Assembly: GCA_964016885.1 (NCBI GenBank)
Contig: OZ024741.1
Location: forward strand, 385,268,001 to 385,332,000
Direction: 5' to 3'
DNA length: 64,000 nt
Source of the DNA: Eledone cirrhosa
Lineage: Eukaryota
The notes beneath the pieces were generated by a model that saw only the letters and a list, made by a program, of their open reading frames with translations, ran no database searches and was not told where the DNA came from. The position numbers were made by a program, and so were the translations under genes. The first letter of the stretch is position 1, and the number at the start of each line of letters is the position of its first letter. Below, one piece after another: positions 42,674 to 56,915 of the stretch.

Positions 42674-42774
42674 GACTCACAGAGGAGATGACAAGTGGTG
42701 AGATACTGTATTGAAAAAGGACCTGTCCAAATTGTTGGTCTTGTACCTAAATCAGAAACCATTATTTAGTCATC

Positions 42775-42852
42775 TGTTGTTGTGGTGGTAGTGGAAGGCG
42801 GATGGTGGTGGTGGTGGTGGTGGTGGTGGTGGTAGTAGTAGTAGTAGCAGCA

Positions 42853-42943
<91 letters not shown>

Positions 42944-42945
42944 CA

Positions 42946-43023
<78 letters not shown>
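42775..43023. repeat. Compound (GGT)/(GTA)/(GCA) microsatellite
   Basis: Directly visible. Confidence 0.95.
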
Positions 43024-44091
43024 ATAGAAATATTTTCTAAGTGAGTGTAGTGTATTTTAGTGAAGAATCTGAGTGTCATCATCAGATTGAGATTTGAGAG
43101 AAAGAGAAGATCCACCCCACATCACACACCACCCAGCTACCCCATTGTTTTATTGTGTCATTTCATTTCAAAAGAAAACCCTGACACATTTCTCCTTTAT
43201 TTTTTTTTTTTACTGCTCACCTCTTCCCTCTTCCGTTCCCCCATTCTTCCCCGCCCCCTCTCTCTCCTAGGCATTTTTCTCTTTCTGTCTATCTGACTGT
43301 CTTTCTCTATCAATCTATCTGTCTTTCAATTTATCTATCTGTCTATCATTGTATCTATCTCTCTATCTCACTGTTAGTCTATCTACCTATCTAAGGTGGT
43401 GAATTGGCAAGATCTTTAAGACGTTGGATAGAATGCTTTACGGTATTCGTCCCACCTCATTGCGCGCTCTGAGTTCAAATCCCGCCATGGTCAACTTTGC
43501 CTTTCATCCTTTCGAGGGCGATAAAAGAAGTACCAGTCCAGTACTGGGGTCGATTCTTCCTCTGTAGAAAAAATTAGCTGTGTTCAGACCTGGAGAGGGT
43601 TGGGCTCTGCCAGGTTTAAAAGTGCCCTAGATACGCCGTTTGACAGTGTCTCTATGACTCGACAAGGAGGTATGGGATCTTTATCTATTTATCTATCAAA
43701 TTATCTATTTACCTATCTGTCTATCTATTTATCTATCTATTTATCTATCTATTTATCTATCAAATAAAGAAATATATCTATTTATCTATCTATCTATTTG
43801 TCTAGCTATCTAGCTATAAGTATGTGTGTGTGTAGCTATCTATCTGTTTATCTGTATATTTATCTCTCTCCCTGTCTCTCACCCTCTCTCCATCTCTTCC
43901 ACCTCTTCACCTCCACCACATCTCTTCATCTTCTCTACCTTGTCCACTACCTCTCTCCCTTCCTCCCTTTTATTTTTTCTTTCTCCCTTTTTTCAGTGTC
44001 AGTCACACTTACTCTCTTTTTTTTCATATCCCTCTCTCAGCTGTCATCTCTGTCTTTGTCTCATTAGCTGCATTGTTTATTCTCCCCCCAC

Positions 44092-44094
<3 letters not shown>

Positions 44095-44177
<83 letters not shown>

Positions 44178-44178
44178 G

Positions 44179-44255
<77 letters not shown>

Positions 44256-44700
44256 CACTGGTTATCCTGTTCCCTCCTCCTTCTCCATCAGTATGGTTTT
44301 GGAGTTTGTAGTGGACAAAAATACACAAACTTAAAAACGCATGCATGCACGCACTCACACGTGCACACACTCACACGTGCACACACTCACACGTGCACAC
44401 ACTCACACATGCACACACTCACACATGCACACACTCACACATGCACACACTTACACATGCACCCACTCACTCATGTACACACACACATGCACCCACACAC
44501 ACATGCACACACTCACAAATGCACACACACATGCACCCACTCACACATGCACACACACACGTGCACCCACTCACACGTGCACACACTCACACATGCACTC
44601 ACACATGCACACATGCGCACACATTCACACACACATACATACATTCATGAACATGCTCATACACAGACATATACACACATAAAAACACATACACAAACAC
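44095..44700. repeat. (CT)n, (CA)n and a 14-bp cacactcacacatg minisatellite
   Basis: Directly visible. Confidence 0.9.
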
Positions 44701-45853
44701 AATAATTATGTTGTAATTGATTGGATTATTAGTTTGTCATTAGGGAAAAGTGAAATTTGACACCAATTCCTGTGAAGTTTAAAAAGTGCACCATTATTCT
44801 AAATATTTGTTTCTATTTTAGGCACAAGGCCAGCAAATACCCAGTTCATTACTGGTACTTTATTTTATAGACCCCGTAAGGATGAAAGGCAAAGTCAACC
44901 TCGGCGGGATTTGAACTCAGATCGTAAAGGGACGTAACTATGCTGGAAAGCATGGTGTCCGACCCTCTACCGATACTGCCAATCCACCGCCTTCTTTATT
45001 TATTCTAAATATTGGTGGATTGGCAGTGTTGGTAGAGCACCAGACACCATACTTTGTAGCATAGAGTTATGGCCCTTTATGTTCTGAGTTCAAATCCCGC
45101 CGAGGTTAACTTTGCCTTTCATCCTTCCTGGGTCGATAAAATAAAGTACCAGTAATACACTGGGGTAATTGCTGGCCTTGTGCCAAAAGTAGAAACAACT
45201 ATTCTCAATTTTGATTTCTCATCATAAGATATAACCACAAATGTTTATTTAACCCTTTTGATGCCAAACCACCTGAAATTGTCCCCTAGTTCTACAATAC
45301 AAAACTGTGTGTTTTTAAGTGTTTGTATTTATTTAAATTCCTTCCATCATAATTCTATGTAAGAACCTTTGTTAAGTTATTTTCCAAACACCCTGGTTCT
45401 ATGATACAAAGCCATTTACCTTAAAGTGTTTATATTTATCCTTCCATCATAATTCTATGTAAGAACCTTTGTTAAGTTATGTTCCAAATACCCTTGGTTC
45501 TACAATACAAAGCTATTTGTCTTAAAGTGTTTATATTTATCCTTCCATCATAATTCTATGTTAGATCCTTTGTTAAGTTATGTTCCAAACACCAGCTTAA
45601 TAATCAAAAGCCCCGTTGAAGGCGACCTATACAAATGCTTCAATTTTTAGTTATTCTAATTGAGGCAGGGGATGAAATATCTTAATCTAACTCCTTTAAT
45701 ACCAAACCATTTGAAACTTCACCTGGTTTTACAAAACAAAACTATTTATTTGAAAGTTTTTATATTTATTTAAAAACCTACCGTCATAACTTTATAGAAG
45801 AACCTTTTTAAGTTATGTTCCAAACACCAACTTAATAATGATAAGGATAGTTA

Positions 45854-46810
45854 CGAGGTACACTCAAGAGGTTTGGAGATTTTTATCAGAGAGACATTTA
45901 TTTAACTTAGATCAACACAAAACTCTAGTCTCCCTCACAGTGGAATCCTCCAACTTCAATGCATTTGTTGTAGTGCTCCAGCCACTTGTGGAAGGCCTCC
46001 TTGTAAACCTCCAAAGTGAAGGTGTCCAGGGCACTTATCTCCTCCACATCCTGAACTTCTCCTTCAATTTTGTGATCATCCAGAAGTCACATGGGGCTAA
46101 GTCTAGACTAAAGGGAGGATGAGGGACAGTCTTGATCCCCATATCGGCCAAGTAGTTGGTCACCAGGATGGGTTTGTGGCAGGGGGGCATTATCCTGGTG
46201 CACGTGCCACTGACCAGACTTGAAGAGTTCTGGTTTCTTGTGGAATCATCATGAGCTTCCCAGTGGACCTGCTTTGCCTGGCCTTCTTGGGTCTTGGGAG
46301 TCAGAATGTTTCCACTGGGCACTCTGTCTCTTGGTCTCTGGATCATAACAGTAGACCCAGCTCTCGTCACAGGTTACCAGAGACTCAAGGACACTTGGAT
46401 CCAAAGTGATCCACTTAACCATCTCCCTGCTGTCATCATTGTTTCTCTGCATTTGATCTTCACTGAACACCCTAGGAATAAACTTTGCACATGTTCAGAT
46501 TGTCATGAAGGACTATGTGCACAGTGCCCTCAGCCACATCAAATTGTCTAGCAATCATCAGAAGAGATGTACAACAGTCCTCGTCCAGAAATTTACGAAT
46601 TTTGTTGACCAACTTTTGTATTATGGAACAAGTCATGTGACAAGATGTATATGATGGATAGTGTTTAAAGTGCTGTAGCAGCCTGAACCTTCAACCTGCA
46701 TACAAATTTGGCACATTAGCTTATCACATTAGCTCATCAAGGATGTATTAAAGTTACAGTTACATAGTTCAATTAAAAGTGCCTGAAAAGAACTTCTTTA
46801 GTGTACCTTG
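45854..46810 (-). mobile_element. Degraded mariner transposon nested in a piggyBac-type MITE
   Basis: TA-cgaggtacactcaaga / tctttagtgtaccttg-TA; VTCDESWVYCYDPETKRQS, QDNAP, PHPPFSLDLAPCDFW. Confidence 0.85.
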
Positions 46811-47509
46811 TATATTACTAAATTCTTTCAAATTCCTGATTATTTTCAAAATTATATGAAAATTATTAGAAATATGATAATGAAAGAGTTAAACTCTAAA
46901 GTCTTTCGATCATAACTCTATGTAAGAGCCTTTGTTAAGTTATGTTCCAAACACCAGCTTAATAATGAGAAAATAAGTTGTTTTACTAAATCCCTCCAAA
47001 TTCTTGATTGTTTTCAAAATTATTTGAACATCAAATGTAGTATCTTTTATTAAGAATATGGTAATGAAAGGGTTAACCCTTTTGTTACCATATTCTTAAT
47101 GAAAAACACTGCCAACCATTTTCAAATAATTTTGAAAATAATCAAAAACTTGGAAGGATTTAGTAATATAATTTCCTCCTTAAGTTGGTTTTTGGAACAT
47201 AACATAAACAAGGTCATTACATGAAATTATGATGTAAGGTTCTTAGATAAATATAAACAGTTTAAAATTGTATGATAAAACCATGTGTCAATTTCAGGTA
47301 GTTTGATATCAAAAGAGTTAAGGAAGGGGGAAGGATAGGGTTGATTGAAGCAACCCAAACACCTGCCACATAATTATTTTACTGATCCATAGAAAAGAAA
47401 GTCTAAGCTGCCAAAGACAAGATTTGAACTCCAAACAAAACAAAATTAAATACTGTAACACATTTAATCTGATATTCTTCAGTTCCTTCTACTCCATCTC
47501 TTTCTGTTT

Positions 47510-47903
47510 TGGTGCCATGTCAAAAAGCACGCAGTCCACTCTGTAAGGTGGTCATGTTGGTGCCACAACAAAAAGCACCCAGTCTACATTGTAAAGTTGT
47601 CATTCTGGTGCCATGGCGAAAAGCACCCAGTCCACACTGTAGAGTGATCATGTTGATGTCACAACAAAGAGTGGCCAGTCCACCATGTAAAGTGGTCATG
47701 TAGGTGCCATAATAAAAAGTACCCTGTTCACACTGTAAATGGGATTGGTGTTAGGAAGGGCATCTAGCCATAGAAACTAAGCCAGAAACAGTACTGTGTA
47801 AGCAAGACATGGTCATTAGTCTAACTTGTCTCACAACAAGACATCTCATCTAGCCCATGCTTGCATGGAAAAATGGCTGTTAAATGATGATGATGATGAT
47901 GAT
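47510..47903 (+). mobile_element. SINE/RTE-type tail with an internal 44-bp unit amplified about five times; related tails at ~18820, 20540, 21175 (-), 36945 (-), 56980
   Basis: gtgcca..aaaagcacccagtccacactgtaaagtggtcatgt repeats, then ggtgttaggaagggcatc..(tga)n. Confidence 0.7.
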
Positions 47904-49733
47904 ATATTCTTTCCTGGTAAGATAGTTATTTACATCAGTTTACCTAGATATAAACAGCAAGCAAGTCTCTCTAGAAAAGCAAACTGCATTAACCCTTTTA
48001 ATATCACACTGCTTTCGTTGTCATATTTCTAATGAAATACATTAATTATGGTTTTCAAATTATTTTGAAAATAATCAAAAAATTCTAAGGGTTTACTAAA
48101 ACAACTAATTTTCTCATTCTTAAACTGGTGATTGGAACATAACTTAACAAGTGCTCTTACATAAAATTATGATGGAAGGATTTTTAAAATAATTCTTTTA
48201 AACAAATAGTTAAGTATTATAAAGGGGTGGTTTCAGGCAGTTTGCTATCAAAATGATTAACTTCAGCTTAGCCCTGGGCAAAGTTGATTAAACCAACCCC
48301 AGTACTTGACTAGTACTTTATTTTCTTGATCATGGAAGCCTGAAAATCAAAGTTGACCTCAACCGGATTTGAACTCAGAACATAAAGAGCCACTATGAAT
48401 AATGCAATGGCATTTTATCCAACTGTCTTCAAAAGGGAAAATAGAAAATAGGGAATTTACCAAAAATAAAAATGCAATTAAGGAAAATTTGAAATAGAAA
48501 ATGTGTAAACCCCCCACCCTACATTTTGTACTAATTGCTATATCTCACTATCATATTTGTATTTATTTTGATGAAAATAAATAAATGGTAGATTAACATT
48601 ACAACTGGTGGAAAGCATGCCCCAGTCTTATCTCATTTTTTACCGCCTGTGCCTCTCCCCCAGGGCTTAATGGCCGTTTTGATCCCTTGAGTTTGAGTCC
48701 CTTGCTCTATTTTCTGAGCCCCAGATATGCTGTCTTCTTTTTCTGCTTCCTCTATTCCTACTATGGTGGCATTAGATCCTTGACAGAATGCCAGCCCATT
48801 GTACGGTTAATCCCCAACTACTGTTGGTACTTATTTTCTTTCCATTTTTTCTCTTCTTTTTCAACAATGTTTCAAATTGTCTTGCTCAAGAAGGCAATGC
48901 ACTGCTAGTCCAGGAACTGAACCTACATTCTAATGTTCAGGAACTGAACATTAGAATCTTGAGCCCAACAAACAATAATCACTAGGCCAGACATGTTCAT
49001 GCAACAGCTGATGTTGTCAATAATAAATTACACACCAGTTTTATTAGGTCTATAACACTTAATCTCTCCTTGAAATCTTTATTATTAGACACTACAACAA
49101 ACAAGCACAATAGATCATTATATTCCACTCTAAATTGTGACATCCATTACAGGCTATACTGGTGTTTTTTTCTGCCAGCAACATATTTCATTCAACTCCT
49201 CACAACATTCCATCATACAATTAACTTTTTTCTAACAATTGACACCCTTTTGTTATCAATAGAATCACAATAAAAAACAAAAAACAAATAATAACAATAA
49301 TGGTTCTGATTTAGGCTCAAAGCCAGCAATTTGGGGGGAGGGGAAAGTCTATTAAATCGACCCCAGTGCATGACTGGTACTTTATTTTATAGACCCTGTA
49401 AGGATGAAAGGCAAAGTTAACTTCGACTGGATTTGAACTCAGACTGTAAAGGGCCATAACTCTACGCCACAAAGCATATTGTCCAACGCTCTACTGATAC
49501 TGCCAATCTACTACCCCTAATAATAATAATAATAAAATGATTTCTACTATAGGCACAAGGCTAGTAATTTGGGGGGACGGTAAGTCAATTAAATCAACCC
49601 AGATCATTATTAGTACTTTATTTTATCCCCGTAAGGGATTTGAACTCAGATCATAAAGGGCCGTAACTCTATGCTGCAAAGCATGGCGTCTGATCCTCTA
49701 CCGATACTGCCAATCCACCGCCTTTTCTGCCCC

Positions 49734-49790
<57 letters not shown>

Positions 49791-49792
<2 letters not shown>

Positions 49793-50603
49793 CTTTCTTT
49801 ATTAACCACAAGGGTTTACACAAAGTAAGACATTAAGGACAGTACAGGACAATACAGGACAATACAGGACGGTACAAATGTGCATTTCTGCATGTAAAAA
49901 AAACAAAAAAACAGAGGATGTAACAAAAAAAGGAACAATGAAAAATTCCCTAATAGGGGGGGGGGGAGACTTTCGAGGGCCATCGTGGAGAAAGCCCATT
50001 AAAAAAAGCCACGGTGACCCTCACCACCAGGGCAAGTGCCCTCTCCCAGTTTTCCACCTTCAATTTAGAGGCACATACTCAGAGTAGGCCCATTCACTCG
50101 GGCCATTCTTGCCTCTCTCACCCATCTTTCAACAAAATGCTGGGAAGAGAGCACTTCCCTCTCTACCCTGATTTTCCTTTTCAAATAAAATTTGAAAAAG
50201 TTAATCAGGGCATCACCGAAGAGGTAAGTGCTCGTCTTCAGCCCTTTCAGACACGTCCACCATACTATCTCTTTCGCCATGGCCACCAGACAGATAAAAA
50301 CTGCCTGCCCTTCCCGGCTAAAGGAAGAGGGCGGGGCAATCCTCACGATGGACTCAGCTGATAGTCGAATCCGTTCTACACGCGACAGCAGGTATTTGAC
50401 ATAAACCCACAAGTCAGCAATGCTCGGACACTGGACGTGTGTGTGCAGGATGGTTTCGTTGCCCTGCGCGCATCTCGGACATGCCCGGCTGACGGCACTT
50501 CCATGCCTGTAGAGCTTATCCTGAACTGGCAAAGCTCCTCGGTAGCACTGCCAGGCCAGGGATTTCTGGAAATTGTCCATAGGCCCCGGCCCGAAAGTAC
50601 TTC
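49791..50603 (-). mobile_element. L1/Tx1-type LINE 3' fragment
   Basis: MDNFQKSLAWQCYRGALPV..CPRC..ETILH...C; (AAT)n on both sides. Confidence 0.85.
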
Positions 50604-50613
50604 CAAATAATAA

Positions 50614-52280
50614 TTGTGAAGATCAAGAGAGGTATCTTCCAGAGAGATAGTTTGTCCCTTCTGCTGTTTGTTCTTGCCCTGATACCCCTGATACTTATAT
50701 TGCGAAAAGTGAGAGCAGGATACAAGTTGGGAAAAGGAGAGCTTACCATCAACCACCTCCTCTTCATGGACGATATTAAACTCTTTGGGAAGAGTGAGAA
50801 GGAGTTGGATGTACTTGTTGACATTGTCCGTATTTTCAGCAATGATATATGTATGGAATTTGGTATTAATAAGTGTGGAGTCCTAGTGATGAAGAGGGGT
50901 AAATTGAACAGAAGCAACAGAATCCAGGTACCAACCGGTGAGATGATAAAGGAAATTGACACTGAAGAAGGATACAAATATTTAGGTGTTCTGGAGGCAG
51001 ATGACATCAAGAACAAAAAAATGAAGGAATTGATAAGATCTGAGTACATAAGGAGAGTAAGGAGCATATTAAAATCACATCTAAATAGTAGGAATGTCAT
51101 AAGTGCAGTGAATTCCCGAGTTGTGTCTATTATTAGGTACAGTGCGGGAATTCTGAAATGGAATGTTGCTGAACAAAAAGAAATGGATAGGAAGACTAGG
51201 AAGCTATTGACTATCTACAACATGTTCCACAAGAGTAGTGATGTTGATAGACTCTACTTAAAGAGATCTGAAGGTGGAAGAGGTCTTATCAGCATAAGAG
51301 AAAAACAACCTGCACAAATACGTGACTGATAGTAGGGAGCCAATGCTCAAAATTGTACTGAAGGAGAAGACAATAGACCAGGGGATGTCCAAGGAGGAAA
51401 TAACAACAAGGAGGAAGAGCAACCTTCATGAAAAATCCCTTCATAGTACCTTCTTTAGGAAAACTGAATTTAGAGATCCACAGACATGGAACTGGTTAAA
51501 AAGAAGAGACCTTAAAAAATCTACAGAAGGAATGCTAATGGCTGCGCAAGAGCAGTCCCTCAGAACAAAGTGGGTGAAACACCATATTTACAAGGAGGAG
51601 GCTAGCCCACTGTGTAGGATCTGTGGAGAGAGAGAGGAGACTGTGGCTCACATTGTATCTGAGTGTAAACACCTAGCCCAGACTCACTATAAAGGCTGGA
51701 GACATGATGTGATAGGCAGGGTGATCCACTGGCATCTATGCAAAGTAAACAATTTACCACATTCTGAGAAGTGGTATGAGCATAAGCCAGAGTCGGTGAT
51801 AGAAAACGATCAGGTGACGGTGCTATGGGATTTTAGGATACAGACGGACAAGAAATTAAAACACAATAGGCCTAACCTGGTGGGTTTGGACAAGGAAAAA
51901 AGATTGTGCCTGATTGTAGATGTAGCCTGCCCATTTGACCCAAGAGTGCAAGAAAAGGAGAGGGAGAAAATTAACCGATGCCAGGACTTAAAGTGGGAGT
52001 TAAAAAGGATTTCGAACTGCCATGAAATCAAGGTCGTCCCGATTGTCATAGGCGCATTAGGTACTATCTCAAAGAGTTTCCAAGGATGGTTAAAGAAGAT
52101 TAGTCCAGCCCCGCTTTTTGGAACACTTCAAAAGGCATGCTTGCTAGGAACAGCAAAAACCCTCCGATACGTCCTGAATATCTGAGGCTGCAGGTAGTGG
52201 CTTGATATTCATTTCAACAAACTTTCCAGTTAAATAACATCAATGACTGAGACTCAAAGAACAATAATAATAATAATAAT
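50614..52280 (+). mobile_element. 5'-truncated R4/Dong-type LINE (RT, CCHC, restriction-like endonuclease), inactivated
   Basis: GIFQRDSLS, HLLFMDDIK, YKYLG, CRIC..ETVAHIVSEC, RHD, RPN, IVDVACP; frameshift ~51310; (TAA)n at both ends. Confidence 0.88.
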
Positions 52281-52845
52281 GATTTCTTTATTGGCCACAA
52301 GGGCTGACATCAAGAAAAACATTACAGATGGCACAGAACAGTACAGGACGGTACGATGTGGGTTTTGTGCGTGTAAAGATTTTTATTATTTATATAAGAA
52401 ATGAAAAAGAAAAAAGACATAGAAACATATATATATATAAACAATAAAAATGAAAATTCAAACAATAAAAAATTCCCTAATGGGAGGAAACCTCCGAGGG
52501 ATACTCGTGGCGAAAACCACACAAAAGACCACAGCCACCCTTACCATCAGGGCAAGCGCCCTCTCTCAATTTTTTCCCATTCCTCAAACTACAGACGTAT
52601 ATTCAGAGCGGTCTCGTTCACTCGGACCATTCTCGCTACATTCACCCACCTTTCAACAAACTTGCTAGAAGGCAGCACTTGCCTCTCCACCCTGATTTTC
52701 CTCTTCAAGTGAAACTTGAAAAAGTTAATCAGGGATTCGCCGAAGAGGAAAGTGTCTGTCTTTAACCCTTTCAACCTTGTCCACCACACAATCTCTTTTG
52801 CCATGGCCACCAGACAGATGAAAACCGCCTGTCCTTCCTTCTCCA
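52281..52845 (-). mobile_element. Shorter L1/Tx1-type 3' fragment
   Basis: EGQAVFICLVAMAKEIVWWTRLKG..FVERWVNVARM; same 3' UTR end; within (AAT)n. Confidence 0.8.
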
Positions 52846-53309
52846 CAACGACGACGACAATAATAATAATAATAATTGTTTCTAGTTTTGGCACAAGGCC
52901 AGCAATTACCCCAGTAGATTACTGGTGCTTTATCTTATCAATCCCCATAAGAATCAAAGGTAAAGTTAACCTCAGCGGATTTGAACTCTGAACGTAAAGG
53001 GCCATAACTCTATGCTGCAAAGCATGGTGTCAGACGCTCTACCAATACTGCCAAACCACCAGATACTTTACTAAAACTGGTATTCTTCTACTTCTGTTCT
53101 AGCTTAACATTAGTCATAATAGAACTGCAGCACACATCCTTCAGATTAAGTTTAATTTCTTCCCACTGTTTCTCTGGCTGTTTTAGATTTTCATTTTCCG
53201 TTTTTTTTTTGTTTTGTTTTTTTTTGTTTCAGTTGCAGGCTTTCTTGATAATATTTTATATTTCAGTTTATTCTTATTTTGTTAATTTGTTTGTGTTTTC
53301 TATGTTGTT

Positions 53310-53358
<49 letters not shown>

Positions 53359-54505
53359 ACATGTGTGTATGTGTGTGTGTGTGTGCGTGTGATTTTGTTT
53401 CCTCCAGCCCAGATCTATTTGTATTATATTAAATATATTACATATATAAGATAAGTTTGTTTTATTCAGCTATTTTCTACTTTACTTCCTCTTCTTTCAC
53501 CTTCACCTCGAACTCCACCACCACCACCAACACCTCCATCATCTCCTCCACCACTTCCTCCACCACCTCCACTATCACCTTCACCTCCACCACCACCACC
53601 ACTTCTTCTGCCACTGAGGAAATTGTTTAGCTTTGTCTATTAACAATAGTTTCAGTCAATGAAATATGTGGTCATCACATAAAGTCCTCCTCACCTAGGC
53701 CTTCCATTCATTCACAAAACCAATAATTCTCTTAGAATAGTTTTATTTCTTACTATTATTTACTATAGTAATTTTGAGTGAGGGAGAAAAACTCTACCAC
53801 TGCTACCATCACCATCATTCCATCCTCAACTCAGGAGAAAAAACAAGATCTGGAAGTGAAACAACAATGTTAATGAAGCTGAGGCACCATCTTCATAACT
53901 CCAGTTCTTATGTTTAAGTGTGGTACTTATTTTATCAATCACTGTTTGTCAAACCACTAGGCTACAGAATATAAACAAATTTAAAATTCGGTTCAGTCAC
54001 AGACAGATACATATGCATAACCACACAAACATATACACCCATGCATATATATATATATATCAGGAAGCCCTGATGATTTCTCACGAATGAAACAGTTCTA
54101 GTCCTGTAGAAGCCATTTTTATATTAAATATTATACTCTGCTATGTATTGAGTACCTTACTTACTGTGATTGAACCCAGGATAAAATTATATATATATAA
54201 AATTTGTCATTCTAAGTGATGTACTCAGATGTATCTTTGTCTCTCCTGTAAAGGAATATTTATTCCAGTAATGGTAATTTTCGTTCACTGCTATATAATT
54301 TGGACTACCTTCCAGCAACATCATTATAAACAATGTTTCTTCTCTGAAGATTCTATGTAAATATCACTATCGGTAATATATATGCATGCGTACACACACA
54401 TATATGTATGGAACTGTTATTTTGATATTCAGTAGATGAAACACCATGTAAGAAGTAAATTTTGTTTTTGAATGTATTACCTTCTCCTCCATTTATTCTG
54501 CTTAT

Positions 54506-54547
<42 letters not shown>

Positions 54548-54644
54548 AATGAGTTAAAGACTTCGTTGATATGTAATCAACTGAGTTATGTTCATAACAG
54601 ATACGAAGCACTCAAAGATAACATTTATCTGGAGTATTATGACA

Positions 54645-55043
54645 ATAATAGTAATAAACGAAAGATATAACTTTATAACATCACTATTTATTTCATTATA
54701 TATATTTCGGAGATGCAAAAATTTATGTTTGACATAAATTACATCCTAAAAAAGTTTGAGATTTTGAATCACATACCCACTTGTAATTGATCTGTTAAGG
54801 TCACTCTTGTGAGTATGTCATCAAACATTTTACACATCTTATGTTGTTTTTTACCCACTTGTAATTGATCTGTTAAGGTCACTCTTGTGAGTATGTCATC
54901 AAACATTTTACACATCTTATGTTGTTTTTTATCTGAAGAAGGCATGCTATAATTTATGTCAAATAAATTTTTGCATCCCAGAATATGTATAATGAAATAA
55001 ATAGTGATGTTATAGAGTTATATCTTTCATTTATTACTATTAT
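54645..55043. mobile_element. Non-autonomous PLE-like fold-back (~100-bp inverted ends, decayed hammerhead, 78-bp internal duplication)
   Basis: taatagtaataaa..atttcggagatgc mirrored at ~54945-55043; CTGAAGA at ~54933. Confidence 0.6.
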
Positions 55044-55059
55044 ATATATATATATATAT

Positions 55060-55820
55060 GGACAGTACACCGTAGACACCTTAATTTGCTTGAACACTTT
55101 AATCAAAAGTGTTTAAGACAAATCCTAAACATCAAATGGCAACAAAAAATACGTAACACACAAATCCTTATAAATGCTGGTTGCCCAAGCATTGGATATA
55201 CCATCATATCCTCTCAAATGCGTTGGGTAGACCATGTTGTGTGCATGAATGAGGAAAGACTCCCAAAACAACTATATTACAGTCAATTGCACACTGAGAA
55301 GTGCTTGCTTTAAATGGAGAGGATATGTTGAATGGAGAGGACATGTGAAGGAAGGCTGCAGAATGTTTGAAGAGAGACGTCTTGATCATGAAAAACTTAA
55401 ACATCAGCTTCGAAAAGACCACAGTATGAACCTCAATAAGAACATAGGGAGCTGGATTTGTGAGTTGTGTGGTCGTTTACTGCTCTCTAAATCTGGGTAC
55501 ATCACTCATTTAAAATCACATAAAAAGGCAACTATATGCAGCTCTATCCCTCCAACATGTGTGGTTGCAAAAAGATCTGCAAATGAATCTCTGATCTTAA
55601 AAGGCATATGAGGGTACATAAGGATGACATCCCACAAACTGACCCAATAAATGCAATAGAGGGCACATCTTTTATCAGTCACATTTGCTGTAGACCGTGC
55701 AAATCTAATGCTGGACTTAAAAGCCAGCTAAGGGACCATGGACAGACATTTGGAGTTGGTGATGGTTGATGGAGGTGCATAGGGAGACGGCAATCATCTG
55801 CAAAGATGAAGCAATCACCA
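55060..55820 (+). mobile_element. RTE/BovB-like LINE 3' fragment with C2H2-like fingers
   Basis: LEHFNQKCLRQILNIKWQ..MRWVDHV..RLPKQL; CELC..HLKSH; between (TA)n tracts. Confidence 0.75.
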
Positions 55821-56344
55821 TATATATATATATAACAGGTAAAAGGATGATTAACACAGATGAGCGATATAATAGGGATTTATTCCAAGCATTAACATAT
55901 GTTTCATTGCCTAATAAGCAATTAATTTTTGTCTTGAAACCTCTATCATCAATAATCGATTGGCTATTGTGAAATTCGATTTTAAATACACAAAACAATG
56001 CAGTCACTAGGTGAATTATCAAAATACTGATCATGGATTTAGCCTCACTTTGGTTTTATACAAAATAACATGAATATCAATATGAAAAATAAAATAAACT
56101 GAGAGAAAATTACATACTTGACCAAAATGAACAGGAACACTTGACCAATCAGCTGTAAGCGACATTGACCGAATTTAGTCACACCCACCTAAAACCTGCT
56201 TACATGCTCTTTATTTTTTATTTTTTATTTTTTATTTTTTATTTTTTATTTTTTATGCTTCCCCATCCTTCTTTGTTTTTACCCAAATATTCTCCCACTC
56301 TTTTCTATTATATTATACTTATCTCCCCACCCCCCTCAAGCTCT

Positions 56345-56915
56345 TTCAAATGCCCAGAGGGCTCTGTAGAAATAGTAGATAGTTTCTTTTACCTGGGTTC
56401 TAAATTAGCAGTGGAGGAGGGTGTTCTGAAAGTACAGTAGCCAGAGTGAGAACTGGTTGAAAAAGTTCAGACAGTTACTACCACTGCTAGCTACGAAAGG
56501 TTTTGCCCTCAAAATGAAGGGCAGATTGTACGATGCATGTATACGAACAGCAATGTTGTATGGTAGTGAGACCTGGGCATTGTATGCAGAGGACCTGCGA
56601 AGATTGGAAAGGAGTGAAGCTTCCATGCTTCGATGGATGTGTAATAGTAATATATATGAACAGCAAAGCATAAATAAATTGAGAGAGAAACTGGGCATAA
56701 GAGGAATCAGATGCAGTGTGCAGGAAAGGAGATTATTGGTATGGACATGTGATGTGTATGAAGGATGACAGCTGTATAAAAAGGTGCATAGCACTCAAAG
56801 ATGATGAAAGCTATGGAGTAGGAAGACTTTGGGTGAGGTGATAAAAGCTGACCTTGTACAATTGCAGCTCTCAAAGATTGAGATCTCTGGTGTTATGCAG
56901 TAATACAGAAGACCC
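56345..56915 (+). mobile_element. RTE-clade LINE 3' fragment (related piece at ~18310-18430, minus strand)
   Basis: FYLGS, KKFRQLLPLL, GRLYDACIRTAMLYGSETW, MLRWMC, LREKLGI. Confidence 0.85.
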
